From: Amoebophrya sp. A120
Lineage: Eukaryota; Protista; Dinoflagellata
Direction of reading: 5' to 3'
Length of the DNA: 11,881 bases
Assembly (NCBI GenBank): GCA_905178155.1
Contig: CAJINV010000049.1
Location: 1 to 11,881 of the forward strand
The notes under the pieces were generated by a model, which saw only the letters and a program-made list of their open reading frames with translations, was not told the origin of the DNA and did no database searches. Shown here one piece after another: positions 1 to 10,861 of this stretch (within the stretch, counting starts at the first letter, position 1; every line of letters starts with the position of its first letter). Made by a program: the position numbers and the translations under genes.

Positions 1-84
1 GGAATCTAAAATAAACGAATCAGATGGAACAAAATCCCAGTGACATAGCGTACGTAAACCACATCTTCGAACACATGCTTTCAG

Positions 85-177
85 CCGTTCACCCTCACCC
101 TCGCCGCGTTTCTTACAAGAGCGTGGCAAGACTACGAAATGGTGAGGCTCCTGTGGTGGAACTTCAGTGAAGGATGA
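85..177 (+). CDS. Probable terminal exon of a plus-strand gene entering from the left (PFTLTLAAFLTRAWQDYEMVRLLWWNFSEG*), convergent with the anoctamin gene
   Basis: Acceptor-like TGCTTTCAG ends at 84 and is followed by 30 sense codons, mostly G/C-ending, then TGA at 175-177 and AT-rich sequence. An in-frame TAA at 55-57 requires an upstream intron. Product not recognised. Confidence 0.4.
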   Translation, partial: PFTLTLAAFLTRAWQDYEMVRLLWWNFSEG

Positions 178-465
178 TCGAAACAAATGTGTGTTTTTGA
201 ATTTTTGTACATTTGTGTTCTTTGAGGATGTCATACTCCTCATATCACTTACATTTTTCCGGCGAAAACCAATAAGGCGCTCGCACTTACGCTTTTCACA
301 ATAAAAATCTGTCACGATACATTTACAAAACGTTCATAGCTCCAGTTTGTTTCTGATCTTTTTTCACTTACATACCCGTGAAGAAACGTGACCATTTAAA
401 TTATTGTACACGGCTGAAAAATGTTTTTTGTGCCATAGCCATCCTCCCACTGCGCATCAACATCA

Positions 466-3400
466 TCAATCCGCACCCGACATCACCAAATACGCCGCCC
501 GCTTGTGTGCTTCCGCGACTTTCGCACTATGCGGACTGATGAAGTTGAAAATGAGGAGGACGAGGCACCCCAGCAAGTGCTCCACCAGAAAAATGATCCA
601 CAGTGCCTCGTAGTTTGTTAGGTGACCCCCGGAAATGTTATCCGAGAACGGGTTTTCCTTTTCCTCCTGCTCCACAAGTGTGGCCTTGTAAAAGAGGTCG
701 AAGGCGACGCCTTGCTGCCCGAAATTTTGGTCCACTGTGGTCTCCTCCGCCCAGAAAGACGACCGGAAACTCGCACAGAACCGCTGCAGCTGCTTGCTGC
801 TGAAGCCAAAGAGAAACGCGTTGCTGCAAACGGAGAGCCAGACCAAGGCTTTCAACACCCGCAGCCACACGGCGGGACAGAGCTGCCGCTGGAGTTCTGG
901 TTGATGTTGACTTTTGTTGGTGGAGAAGGCGGGCAGGAGGCTCGTGTGTAGTGAGGGATTCGTCGTTGTTGCGTCTGTCGAGGACATCAAAGCAGCTTTC
1001 CTCCTCTCGTCCGTTCCGTTGATCGTGCGCATCGTGCTGGAGGTTGTCTCTGGTCGTGATGATGTATTTCCGTCGCTCGTTCGTGGAAAATCCAAATTTT
1101 CGTTGCTAGCACAAGCAGGCCAGCACGGCGAGACCTCGATCGAAATGGAACCGCTTCCCGGTCGCTGCAAAACGTAGAACAGCTTGTGCCTGTCCGACGT
1201 GGCTTCCACCAGGATGGTGCAAAGCGCGAGCGTGGCCCCGATCGGAAAGGCGTCCGCAAACAGCGTGATGTAGCCCACCTGCACGACCATCTCGATCCAG
1301 TCATCAAAACTGTCGTATTCGTCGGCGCACCTCTGTCTTTCGATTTCTCGTCTTGTCTCGTCGGTTACTGGATGATCGCACGAAGAATGACCTTGATCAT
1401 ATCCTGAATCGCTGTCTTCAAAAAAGCTGCCCGATGAAGTACACAACGAAGGTGATATTATGCGGCCCTTGGACTTCTTCCATGAGGCCACCTTCCTCTC
1501 CGCAGCCTCGAGCAAACCTCCCGCCTGTCGGAGCAGGATGGGCAACATGGTTTCCAGGAACAACCGCCTGCCGCAGTCCACCAGGTACATGTTGCCGAGT
1601 TCGGACCGGAGTTTCACAATGTCCTTTTCGATAAAGCCGATGTACAGAAACCCGATGTAGCAGTCGAGCGCTTCGAACAGCACCCGCTTGGTCAGCAGCG
1701 CGGTCTGAAAATCCTCGATACTTTCGTGGAGCTCGTTTGTGGTCAGCCAAACCGCGACGGTTTTGTAGATCCCGTTCAGCTGCTGAATGGCCAACACGTG
1801 AAGGACCGTCGGTAAAAGCGTGAGGTAGCCGAACAGCAAAAAGTCCCCCGCGCCGGTCGGGTCCAAAATCGCGCCTGGCTGCGCGAACTGCGCAATCCAG
1901 GGGATGTGGAAGGGGTTGTAGAGTTTCTCGACCCCGGACGCGTTTTTGTCGGTGGGGCCCGAGATGTAGCCCTGCAGGTTCAGGCTGCAAATCATGGTGA
2001 AAAAAGCGACCGACAGCAGGCAGAGGGTCACCACTGCGGAGGTCAGGTACGCGAGGGGGTTATGGGATGGGAAATTATCACTTTTTCTGCCTGTGCCTCC
2101 GGCTTGTTATGCGGATCATATCAAGAAGTACTGTACATGCATAGACGAATAAATATACAGCTACAGGAGACACGACTTACGTCTGTTGATCATAACCACC
2201 AATATGAGAACAAGCTGAGGGCATTAAAGGCGGCAGATTTTTCACTGCAATATGGCTTTTGGAAAGCAGGTGGGGACTTTCTCGCCCAGTACCGTTCCCC
2301 GGTGATTTATCACAGGAAAAAAGTGTTACAGTTACACGACATTTGTTGGAGTTTCAGCATCACAAAAATGCTCCGCACAGCAAAGAAATCTTGTATGTAA
2401 TGCGCAGACCATAAGGGAAAACACGAATGAAATGACGCTGGCAAGCATTTCCTGCATGACAGCGGATGTCTGTATTGCTTGTCGTGCATCAGAGTGTGTA
2501 ACTGTAACTACACTTTTTTCTCAGTATATGATTGGCGAGGTTTTCAGCTCCACCTCCACGCAGTAAGGTTCGGGTTTCCCAGCACTCGGGACTTTGACGT
2601 CTGCGTGTCCTTTATCTTCTTCCGCGGATGATGCGTGAAGGGGTTCGGCACGACTCGAGGACAATTTCTCTTCGTGGTCGGGTTCTTTGTCCCTGGTGCG
2701 GCCTTTTTGTGTACTACTTCCAGCTTTGTTAGACATCTCCGCAACTTTTCCGCAGCTCCAGGCTGAGCAGCTACTACCTGTTTTGCAGTAGCCCCAGCGC
2801 AGTGCAAATTCCTCACCCCGCCGCTCGAAATACCGGACAAAGCAAGCGAAAGACAGGACCGTAACGAGCGCGAACACGGACCGGCCCAGCGGAAAAATCC
2901 CGTAAGTATGCATTGCAAAAGTATCGCACTTGTATAAATGCATATACGAATTTTCTCAGCTGGAGAAATAAAATTTGTAATGCGGTTTTACCTAAACAAA
3001 AGATTTGGTAATGCATGACTGCAATACGAGTACGATAGTTTTGCATAGGATAGTAGGTACAGTACACCAACAAGCCAAGCAGCGCCGGCACGGAAAGCCA
3101 CACCGCCAGGCAGCGCAGGTACACAAAATAAGCCGCGGTTTCCGGGCCGAAGTAATCCGCGATCAGGTCGAGGGATGCGGTGGACAGGGCGAAATGGTGG
3201 ACAGGGAATTGCAATTTTGTATTCTTATTTTGATGTTCAAGTTCAACCTTCTCCTGCGACAGGTGGAACTGTGCCGTCTCGTCGTGCAGACAGAGGAGCT
3301 CCAGCTGGACGGAGGAGTCGTGTTTCTGCTGTGCCGATTCGTCCACTACGTTTACAGAATTTCGGAAAGTAGCCTGTTCGCTACTGGTGGCAGTCGCTGC

Positions 3401-4540
3401 TTTCTTCGTTGAAAAAAAGGAACCGGGTTTGTCCTCCACTGCGACTGCAGGTGGACCACTGGGCTCTTCATCGGTAGGATCGTTTTCCGCCTTCAAGATC
3501 CGCTTGCGCAAGACCATTTCCGGTCCGTCCTTTTCAGTAGTAACACCACCAGCTATATCTGACAGAGAGGAAGAACTTCTATTCGTAGATGAAGAAATCT
3601 CGACGGAAGAGTCAGTCGGCGTGGAACAACCCGACGTGCATGAATCGCCGCAGTCTGTCGTCGGTGTGGAGCCCCCTGTGGGGGAGAAGGTTGTAGAATG
3701 GTCGTCGGCACTATTATCCACTTTCCCTTCTGGCACGGATTGCAAAGCGAAAGCTTCGCCCGGAAGGCCGTTCGTCGCAGCCGCTGCTGGCCCGACAGCG
3801 CACGACGCATCTGCCCGCTCCAGGGATGAAGCTCGAGTAGAATCCGATACCACACTTCCAGGCGTAGAAGATGAACAGGATCCACCCAAAAGTAGAATTT
3901 CCTCGACGTACTGCTTCAGCAACAACATTTTCTGGGCAGACGAAAGCGGGACAAGCAGCGGGTCCACGTCCTCATCTGTAGTTCTTGCGCTGGCGTCGAT
4001 TTCATGATGCCGGTCCATCGCGTCCGAGTGCAAAGAAGTTGGCCTAGTTCTAACTACACAGGAGGCCGTCGTGATGGCGAAGTACGCAGGGCCGCTCCTC
4101 CCGGTATGATCGGTGGGCCGCGAATAAGTCACCCAAAGTTGTTCTTGTGAAGGTCCTTTCAAGGTCGTGCGTGCTGGCTTCAGCTGCGCCCCTGGTGTCG
4201 TTGGGGGAGTTTGTGCAACAGGTTCATCTCCTTGGTCAATGCCGGTCGCGGTCTGTTCTATCGCAGGCCTTGCAAACAGCGATGTGACCTGCTTTTGGCG
4301 CACGAGCGTAGAGCCGCAAGCCCGAACGAGCTCTTCGGCGAGTGAGTCGGGTAGCGTGACCAAAATAGTGTCCGGGGTCGGCCTGCGGATGATCAGGCTT
4401 GTTTGCGTCTGCAGCCGGCTTTCTACATGGTCCAAAGCAGTCACCATGCGTGTCGACTCGTCCGCGGGAGTTGGAGTTCGAGCATCTTTACCGCCATCGT
4501 CGCCGGACGTCGATGCAATGAGTGCAAGGGATGTAGTCAT
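466..4540 (-). CDS. Anoctamin/TMEM16-family Ca2+-activated scramblase/channel (ANO10/TMEM16K-like); exons 3053-4540, 2529-2901, 2253-2302, 466-2055 (3501 nt, about 1166 aa; junctions can slide within the 5-bp repeats)
   Basis: Family motifs occur in the expected order: LDLIADYFGPETAAYFVYL, FERR...ALRWG, SPITG (formed across a junction), TNELH...LLTKRVLFEALDCYIGFLYIGF, LETMLP, YDSFDDWIEMVVQVGYITLFADAFPIG, VEATSDRHKL...QRP, FLVEH. The ORF-track fragments plus a 50-nt exon join in frame after removing inserts of 151, 226 and 197 nt. Confidence 0.92.
2061..2252. mobile_element. Non-canonical introner-like intron (anoctamin intron 3), 192 nt, degenerate; 197 nt removed
   Basis: Ends are TATGGGATGGGAAATT and (reverse complement) TATTGCAGTGAAAAAT, 10/16 identical. 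Flanks GGGGT (2056-60) and TGGCT (2253-57) match 3/5. Removal gives in-frame AFQKP|LAYLTSAVV. Confidence 0.75.
2308..2528. mobile_element. Non-canonical introner-like intron (anoctamin intron 2), 221 nt; 226 nt removed
   Basis: TIR is TATCACAGGAAAAAAGTGT---TACAGTTACAC versus (rc) TATACTGAGAAAAAAGTGTAGTTACAGTTACAC. Perfect direct repeat TGATT at 2303-07 and 2529-33. Removal recreates KTSPI|TGERYW. Confidence 0.92.
2907..3052. mobile_element. Introner-like intron, family A (anoctamin intron 1), 146 nt; 151 nt removed
   Basis: TIR of about 29 nt: TATGCATTGCAAAAGTATCGCACTTGTAT versus (rc) TATCCTATGCAAAACTATCGTACTCGTAT. Direct repeat GTAAG (2902-06) / GTAGG (3053-57). Colinear with 10936-11081. 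Removal gives LVYCTY|GIFPLGR. Confidence 0.95.
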
Positions 4541-4544
4541 GTTG

Positions 4545-4554
4545 CTGTTGTCAG
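4545..4554 (-). promoter_or_regulatory. Candidate branch point plus AG acceptor (spliced-leader or cis-splice) just upstream of the anoctamin ATG
   Basis: Minus strand reads CTGAC-AA-CAG|CAAC-ATG. Short motif with no transcript evidence. Confidence 0.3.
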
Positions 4555-5153
4555 TGTAGATACGATAGTTCTACTGCGTCCTTGTATTACAATTACTATC
4601 GGCGAGTTTGAGTTTCTGGCTCTACGATGGCAGCACTGACTTCAAGTATCCTTTTCCCTGAAATCGAATGCCGCACGGCCGACGCACGACCACACTTACA
4701 TCGCCCCTTGTGTTGACCTTTTTGCGTGCGAGTGCGTTAGAAGACCACAAGCTAAAAGACATGACGTTTCGTGCTTGTATATACTCAAATTCAACTTCAT
4801 CTTTGTTCATCTTTCCAAATGTGATGCCTTTGTAGTTTTTCAGAGATTCACTCGGCAGTGACAGCACTCAACCAGGTTGCAGAGTGTCTTATAACTCATG
4901 TTTGTGCACTCGTGTCTGTCTCCCCTCGCCCCAGCAGCAGGACTTTGTGAACTCGAACAAATCTCAATGTGAAAGTGCACACCTTTTTTTACTGCACAAC
5001 CGTGACACTACAGTTCATCTGCTGTCGTAGTTAGAGCGTTGATCTCTGGCGACGTTTTCTATCTACACGGATAGGTCGAAGGAGTTGTGATCGGATACTT
5101 ACGTATTTGAATTTGGAAGTGACATCTTCGACTTCATCTGCAACCGATCAGCA

Positions 5154-5531
5154 CTAGACTTCCCACTTTCGCTCTTTCGTAGTTCTCGCCGTTGCCTTTG
5201 ATGTTTTTCTTTTTATTATTCCCGCCAATCCCTTTCTTGTGCCTTCCTTCGGAACATTTGCATTTCCTTGTTCTTCTACTTTCGGCGTTTTCAACATCCT
5301 CTCTTCGTTGCCGCCCGTGGCTTCACCTTCTGTCGGCTTGCGCCCACTGCGCTCGTTTTTTGCCACCGCGGGTAGTTGTTCTTGTATCGCCGCGCTCTTC
5401 TTCTTCGTAGTACTACCTTTCGGCCGGCCCGGTTTGCGTCCAGGAACGACGTCCCTTCTTCGCCCACTTGCCGGCTTCCAGCCCGGCTCTCTTGCCCGCC
5501 GCGCAGCCCGGTATTTGTTGGAGTCCGCCAT
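5154..5531 (-). CDS. Small Lys/Arg-rich protein (125 aa from the first ATG) with an AT-hook motif; further 3' exons cannot be excluded
   Basis: ORF begins MADSNKYRAARRAREPGWKP; GRKPGRPKGS at 5412-5441 fits the AT-hook core; basic clusters TTKKK and KRKTSK. Confidence 0.6.
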   Translation of the reverse strand: MADSNKYRAARRAREPGWKPASGRRRDVVPGRKPGRPKGSTTKKKSAAIQEQLPAVAKNERSGRKPTEGEATGGNEERMLKTPKVEEQGNANVPKEGTRKGLAGIIKRKTSKATARTTKERKWEV

Positions 5532-6150
5532 GATGATCGATAAACTCAAACTTTCAAAAAGTTTACTTTGTAAGTGCGCGGGATTGAGGCAAAAAGCCAG
5601 CGCGTGCTATTTCCCCAATAGGGTGACTTGTAAGTACAGCTGCAGTTCTCAAGGGCCGTGTTACCCTAGTACCTATCCGGGAAAGACAAGGGGGCAGTTT
5701 CGGATCGGTCGGTCGGATCAAAATGTTACATGGAACTCATCCTTGCATAGTATTCTTCATTTTGATATCGTTCATGGAAAATGAAGATTCCCAGCTGGTG
5801 GTCCCTCTTCAAGTCTAGCTTTGCTTTATATCAACTTTGTCAAATAAAATCTGTTCCTGGCCACAAGAGGCGTTTTACCATACTTGATTCACACAGAAAG
5901 GCGTGCGAAGATAAGCTCAAACACGTCGAAATAAGGCAGAGACGGCAGTAGAACATCGACATCATTGCCTTTCTTCTACCTTCCTCCCACGCTTGCACTT
6001 CATGCCGTAGAAGTTCACACTTCGCAAAGCGATTATGCGAGTCCTTGACCTGCTATTTCGTCTTGCCAATAGTTAATCTATGCCTTAGTAGAAGAAATTT
6101 CATCGATGTTTAAGTGGGATACTCGTGTCATCGATAAAGAAGTCTGCGGC

Positions 6151-9100
6151 TCATCCGAGATTGTCAAATCTTGCTTTCACCTCTCGGCAGAAAACCGCAT
6201 CGAACTCGCCCACGTCTAGAGCCAGCGCACGGATCTCGTGGAATAGCCGATCAATCCGCTGGGAAGCTTTCTTCAAATCGCGGAGTTGCGGTCCTTGCTG
6301 TTGCTCGCTGGGGTTGGACGTCTTCTGCAGTTCTCCGTGGGCAACGTGCTTGTGATTCCTGCCAAGGGTGTCTGTCCCATTCGGCGCATATCCTGTGCAA
6401 AAGCATCGCACTCGTACACCAACTTGCAATCTTCATGCAAGGTACGACATGTGCTCGTTGTCGTTCCTGAGGTGACTAAGCATGACAAACTCCATATTTG
6501 ATGCTGTTGACTACTTAAATTTGTGATGCGATGACTCCCAGACCCAGTACGAGATAACTTTTGCAGTGCATATGATCATCGCAGCTTCTTCCATTTCCTG
6601 CACCTTCCTCTGCAGCAGTTTTCGCAGCTCCGCGAGGTCGTCGAACGTGGTTGAAAATTTCGTCGCTAAATCCCATAACTGCTGGAAGCGACGGAGCATC
6701 TCGTTTTTCTGAAAATAACGGAAAAAGCACAGATAGGAGAAGAGAGACGGCGGGATCTTGACCACGTTACTAGTTGTACAACTAGGGGGGATCCTGTTCT
6801 CATCTTTCTTTTCGTCCTTCTCGCGGAGACGACAACTACTATTCGCAGCTTCTTTGCCGATTGTGGTCCACCCGGAATCATTTTTCCCAGTCGTGCAAGA
6901 AAAGAAGGTCGAAACGCAGTCCCCGCTTTTCGTCCAGGTCAGCAGCAATTCCAACCCGTCCTCGATCTGTTGCATCTGCACGTAATGCGAAAGGAGACTG
7001 TTTGTCAAACTGGAAATCCCGAAAATCACGGTCTGCAACTGGTCGCGGAGTTCATCTGGCCGTGGTATGGAATGATCTTGGCTGCTGGTGTGCGGGGAGA
7101 AGGCGAAGCCATCATGTGGGTAATTTTTATACCGGTGTTGAAAGAGATCGTCCCGAGCAACTGCACGTGAAAAGTTGTCCACTGTCGTCCCTCGCCCTTC
7201 ATCTTCTAGAACCGGACACCTTGTTGAAATAACTGGTGTAGTAGTTGTACCGCTTCCACTATCAAATGCAAATATGCCTGGGTCTGGAAACTTGTGATGC
7301 GCGATAGATACAGTCCCGAATGCAACCCAGCATGACAACTTTCCAGAACGCTTTCTCATAGTCAATCCGGATGAGAAACTGCGTCTTTGCATGTACAAAA
7401 GAGGCCGCGACTTTTGCCGGTTATGCAATACAGATTTTCTACGTATGGAACGCTAGCATTACAAGTTCCAACCTTCCAGACCCAAACACTTTTTACAATC
7501 CATATCCACCTCCCGCCCAGACACTGGCGTACAAGGTCGCTTGTTTTGGCGAAGAAAATAAGCTTGAGGCGGACCGTGTTGATGACAGGCTTCTCTCGAC
7601 CACATCAGTCTTGCTCTTGTTGCGTCGCGATGGAGATGAGGACCACATCGTGCCGTCCGCGCTAGTACACGACAAAAGAATGTCGCTCACCTGCAGTTCT
7701 TCATCGCGGAGGTGGTCAATCTTTGATATTTCGGCTCCACCTTTTTCACGACCGCTGCTACCAAGAAAACCGCTCTCAGTTCGTGGATTGTCTTTGTCCT
7801 CACGTCCTTCCCGCAGGCGAGTTCGGGCCTGCCTCGCGGCTGAGGCCGCAAAGTGACGCAAGGGCGCGTCGTCGGTTTGGCGTTCATTTTCCGCTCGTCG
7901 CATTTCGTCGCGTTGCTTCAGTATTTGGAAAGAGTTGTCGAAATCGCTCAGGTCCTTGGCAACCGCTTCTCTCGCGTATTGCCAAAATTTTCGGAGATTG
8001 CGCTCGAGAGCATCTGCATTATCGTTATCGTCTTGTGCCGTATTGTTCTTTCCAAAGGGCTGTAAGAAATCGTGGTTGGTCTTCATGATCTCCAGCTTCT
8101 GCTGCTGAAAACACCGCACCAGACAGGACACCGCAAACGCGAGCGACGTCACCATCGGGGAAATGGCCGCCGGAGGCACAGGCCTCAAAGAATCAAGGGA
8201 AGGACCCATGTAGTCGTGGGCCTCCTTTTTGTGCGCGAGAAAATCTTTTTGGCGCTGCTGTGTATTTTCTTTCATCCGCACCCCTCTCACAAGCCGCCAC
8301 AGCTTCATGGCCATCTGCTGCAAGTCCTCGCAAGAATTTTTACTCCCGCTTGATGTCGTACTCGCTTGTTGCTGTTCACAATGCCGCGCCAGCGCTGGTA
8401 GTAGGTCCCGGGTTGCAATTTTGCAGTCCACGTCGAACGCTTTCTGGGCGTGGGGTGCTCGACTGGTACTGTCCCTTCCAGAAGCAACCTCATTTGACGA
8501 AGCACAAGTCCTTCTCGTTCGACTGCGACCCGACAGGGAACGATCCGAATTTCTGCAACTCGCTCCTGCTATTTGCACAAACCGTAAGTAGCAGCACACC
8601 AGGGGTTTCAGCAGCATTTTCTCCGCGCTGAGGACACTGAACAAATGCTCCAGAAGGGACAGGTGATTTTCGTTTATTCTCAGTGTGGGTAAACTCATGC
8701 TCAGGGTCGTGTTTAGCCACAGTGTAAGTGGGCTGCAATTCGTTGACCTTCTTGAGAAGTGCCCTCGTCCTTGATGCGTGTTGGCGGAGTCAATGCCAAC
8801 ATCCTCTTCTTCGGGGTTATCCAGGCCAACGGTCGCACAGAAAACGCGAATGGCCCGGCTGATTTCGGGAGCAGCAGACGCAGAGGAGATTTCGTCTTCT
8901 CTGGTTGTTGTAGGTGTAGCTGCAGCTGCTTCTTCCCCAATAAGTTGGAACGAAGTGTTCGTGCGAGAACTGTTTGCGCCACTTGATCGTTGATTCGACG
9001 TCCCGGTCTTTCTTACTCCTCTATAGTACCGGACTTCCCCTGCGTAGGCCTGCAGCAGTACCGCGGCGGACCGCGGACTCGAAAGGAAATCCTGACATCG

Positions 9101-10144
9101 CATGGCATCCCAGAGTTCAAAGGCCGCATTGGTCTTGCCACCGGCAAGAACTAGCCCGTGAATGTAGGAATAGTAGAGAGCCTCGAGAAGACGCTCAGAG
9201 GAAGGTGGGGCTTTCATTGCAGATGTGATGCGGCTGGTCTCGTCCTCTCTGTCACCGATGGATGAACTCGGATTTTTTGCATCGCTGTCGCCGTTGTGTT
9301 CTTCAGGTTCAGACCGCATGCTGCCACGACCAGAGCTCTGCAGGATCATGACCTCCGGCATCCGTTGCGGTAGTTCCTCTTGTTCCTTATTCGTCTTCTT
9401 CAACCTGTGCCTCTGAAACCGAAAAATCTGGTCCGCAGCTGGCACATCTCGATTCTTTGCGAGAACGTGTACCAGGCGACAACAGAGAGAGTGAGGGAGA
9501 GAAGAAGTTTCTGTAGGTTCATCTGCACAAAAATATGCTAACTGAGAGTCAACATCACCTTCACCCTTCCCCAAGCTGGACCCCGTCGACGTTCTTGAAT
9601 TAGAGCCCCTGTAGTTCGCCAGGTGAGTTACAGCCTCGCGCAGAGCCGATTCGTATTCGGTTATTTTTGGGTCGCCCTGATTTCCGTCCTCGAAATGATC
9701 TTGGCTACGCTGATTTTGACGGAAAGCCGCCGCCGTCTGTCGGTGACAGTGACTCGCTGGCGCAGTTTCGCTGGCCGTCCTTCCCTTCGCAGCCGAAGCC
9801 GTGGCGATGGTGCCGAAGTGTCGTCTTCGCATAGGATTCGTGGCGCTGCCGCCCCTTGGTGCAGCATCAGTGCGGAATAAAGTTGCCTCGCACAACTGTT
9901 GGACCACATCCGAGTCACGCTTGGTCGTGGGATGAATATCCTTTCCTCTGTAGGCCGCAGCTGCATCGTGTTGGAGTCTATTCCTCGTGTTTGCAGCAGC
10001 AAAGATTTTGCCGGCCGCTTCTGCGGTTTGCGGTTTGTTCCCACGCTTATTTGGTTGAACAACCCAAAGCTGCCGTCCTCGTCGCAGGACGGCGTGCACG
10101 AACCTTCCTGAGCCCTTGTTTTCACCATACTGACAGGAGAGCAT
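6151..10144 (-). CDS. Large protein with degenerate pentatricopeptide-repeat-like motifs, possibly mitochondrion-targeted; exons 7505-10144, 6573(or 6579)-7254, 6151-6383 (about 1182-1184 aa)
   Basis: The 880-codon first exon contains PPR-like LYYSYIHGLVLAGGKTNAAFELWDAMRCQDFLSSPRSAAVLLQAYA and CRLVHVLAKNRDVPAADQIFRF. The N-terminus is Arg-rich. It joins in frame to the 6511-7428 and 6151-6429 ORF frames after removing 250 nt and 189/195 nt. The start is uncertain because the frame is open to 10240. Confidence 0.7.
6389..6578. mobile_element. Introner-like intron with family-A termini and a divergent interior, opposite orientation to the other intact A copies; TIR core 6389-6572
   Basis: Left end TATCCTGTGCAAAAGCATCGCACTCGTAC; right end (rc) TATGCACTGCAAAAGTTATCTCGTAC. 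Best direct repeat is GCGCA (6384-88) / TCGCA (6579-83), 6 nt outside the ATA. Removing either 189 or 195 nt restores the frame into NGTDTLGR. Confidence 0.85.
7260..7504. mobile_element. Introner-like intron, family B, 245 nt; 250 nt removed
   Basis: Perfect direct repeat TCCAC at 7255-59 and 7505-09. Arms are TATCAAATGCAAATATGCCTGGGTCTGGAAACTTGTGATGC and (rc) TATGGATTGTAAAAAGTGTTTGGGTCTGGAAGGTTGGAACTTGTAATGC. Removal gives WAGGG|SGTTTT in frame and removes the TAA at 7493. Confidence 0.92.
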
Positions 10145-10240
10145 GGCCTGCCCCTTTCCATCTTGCGCGGTCGAGTTTCTCTTTCTGAAGAAGAGTGGCG
10201 TTGTTTTGCCGAAGGTTGCAGTCGTGGTGGAGTTCGCAAA

Positions 10241-10252
10241 CTAAGAAAACGA
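10241..10252 (-). promoter_or_regulatory. Candidate polypyrimidine plus AG acceptor (spliced-leader or cis-splice) upstream of the PPR-like gene
   Basis: Minus strand reads TCGTTTTCTTAG, and the long reading frame opens immediately after it at 10240. Confidence 0.4.
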
Positions 10253-10861
10253 TATACGAAGTTTACTCTTTTGATCTCTACTCTGTTGATCTACTTTCTC
10301 GAGGTGGAACAGCAAGCAAAAATATAAGATCACGTCGACGCTTACGCTTTTGCAAATAATCCCAGCGAAAAAGAGCCTCACATCGATGATCCGTGTCATG
10401 GTGTAGCCCGAGCCTTTGCAGCGGGCTTCGACGAAAAAAAGTAGGGGCACATCAACACACGACATTTCTTGCACGTGCACTTGAATAATGATCGGACATT
10501 AAGAACGAAAAAAACTACGAACAGCTCATTTATCATATAGGCGATCTGCTACTTTGAACTAGAATTATTAGATCTACAACTGGCTGCGAACAGGGAGAGC
10601 AGTGGAAGATTCCTGCTGGTGCTAGTACTTGCAATCACGAGATGAAAGTGCTGCCAAGAAGCGCGAGAAATGCAGAACTTATCTTCATTGTGCTCCGACA
10701 CACCCTTCTACTTCCCGTTGAAGTCGAGCTTGGACCGCCACTGTGACTTGCGCACGTGCTTGCGTCTTACACTTCCAGTAGTTTCTCTTTCTAGTTTTTT
10801 CACCAACACCACGCACATGCACACGTTGGAATTCGAAATCGAAACATCACCTGGATGCACT

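Noticed and set aside
4622-5153. 81-aa minus-strand ORF, a GTAAGT donor-like site and a weak TAT...ATA candidate at 4890-5073
   Set aside because: The ORF has a stop directly upstream, the TIR lacks the A-run, and I could not build a consistent exon chain.
7422-7504. Shorter 83-nt TAT...ATA intron candidate that also restores frame
   Set aside because: It has no direct repeat. The 7260-7504 model has a perfect TCCAC repeat and long paired arms.
9937-10129. Possible in-frame TAT...ATA insert in the PPR-like first exon
   Set aside because: The ends are not complementary beyond 3 nt, composition is coding-like, and nothing needs to be removed.
404-10188. Numerous plus-strand and alternative-frame ORFs
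   Set aside because: They are shadows of the GC-rich minus-strand genes with no recognisable motifs.
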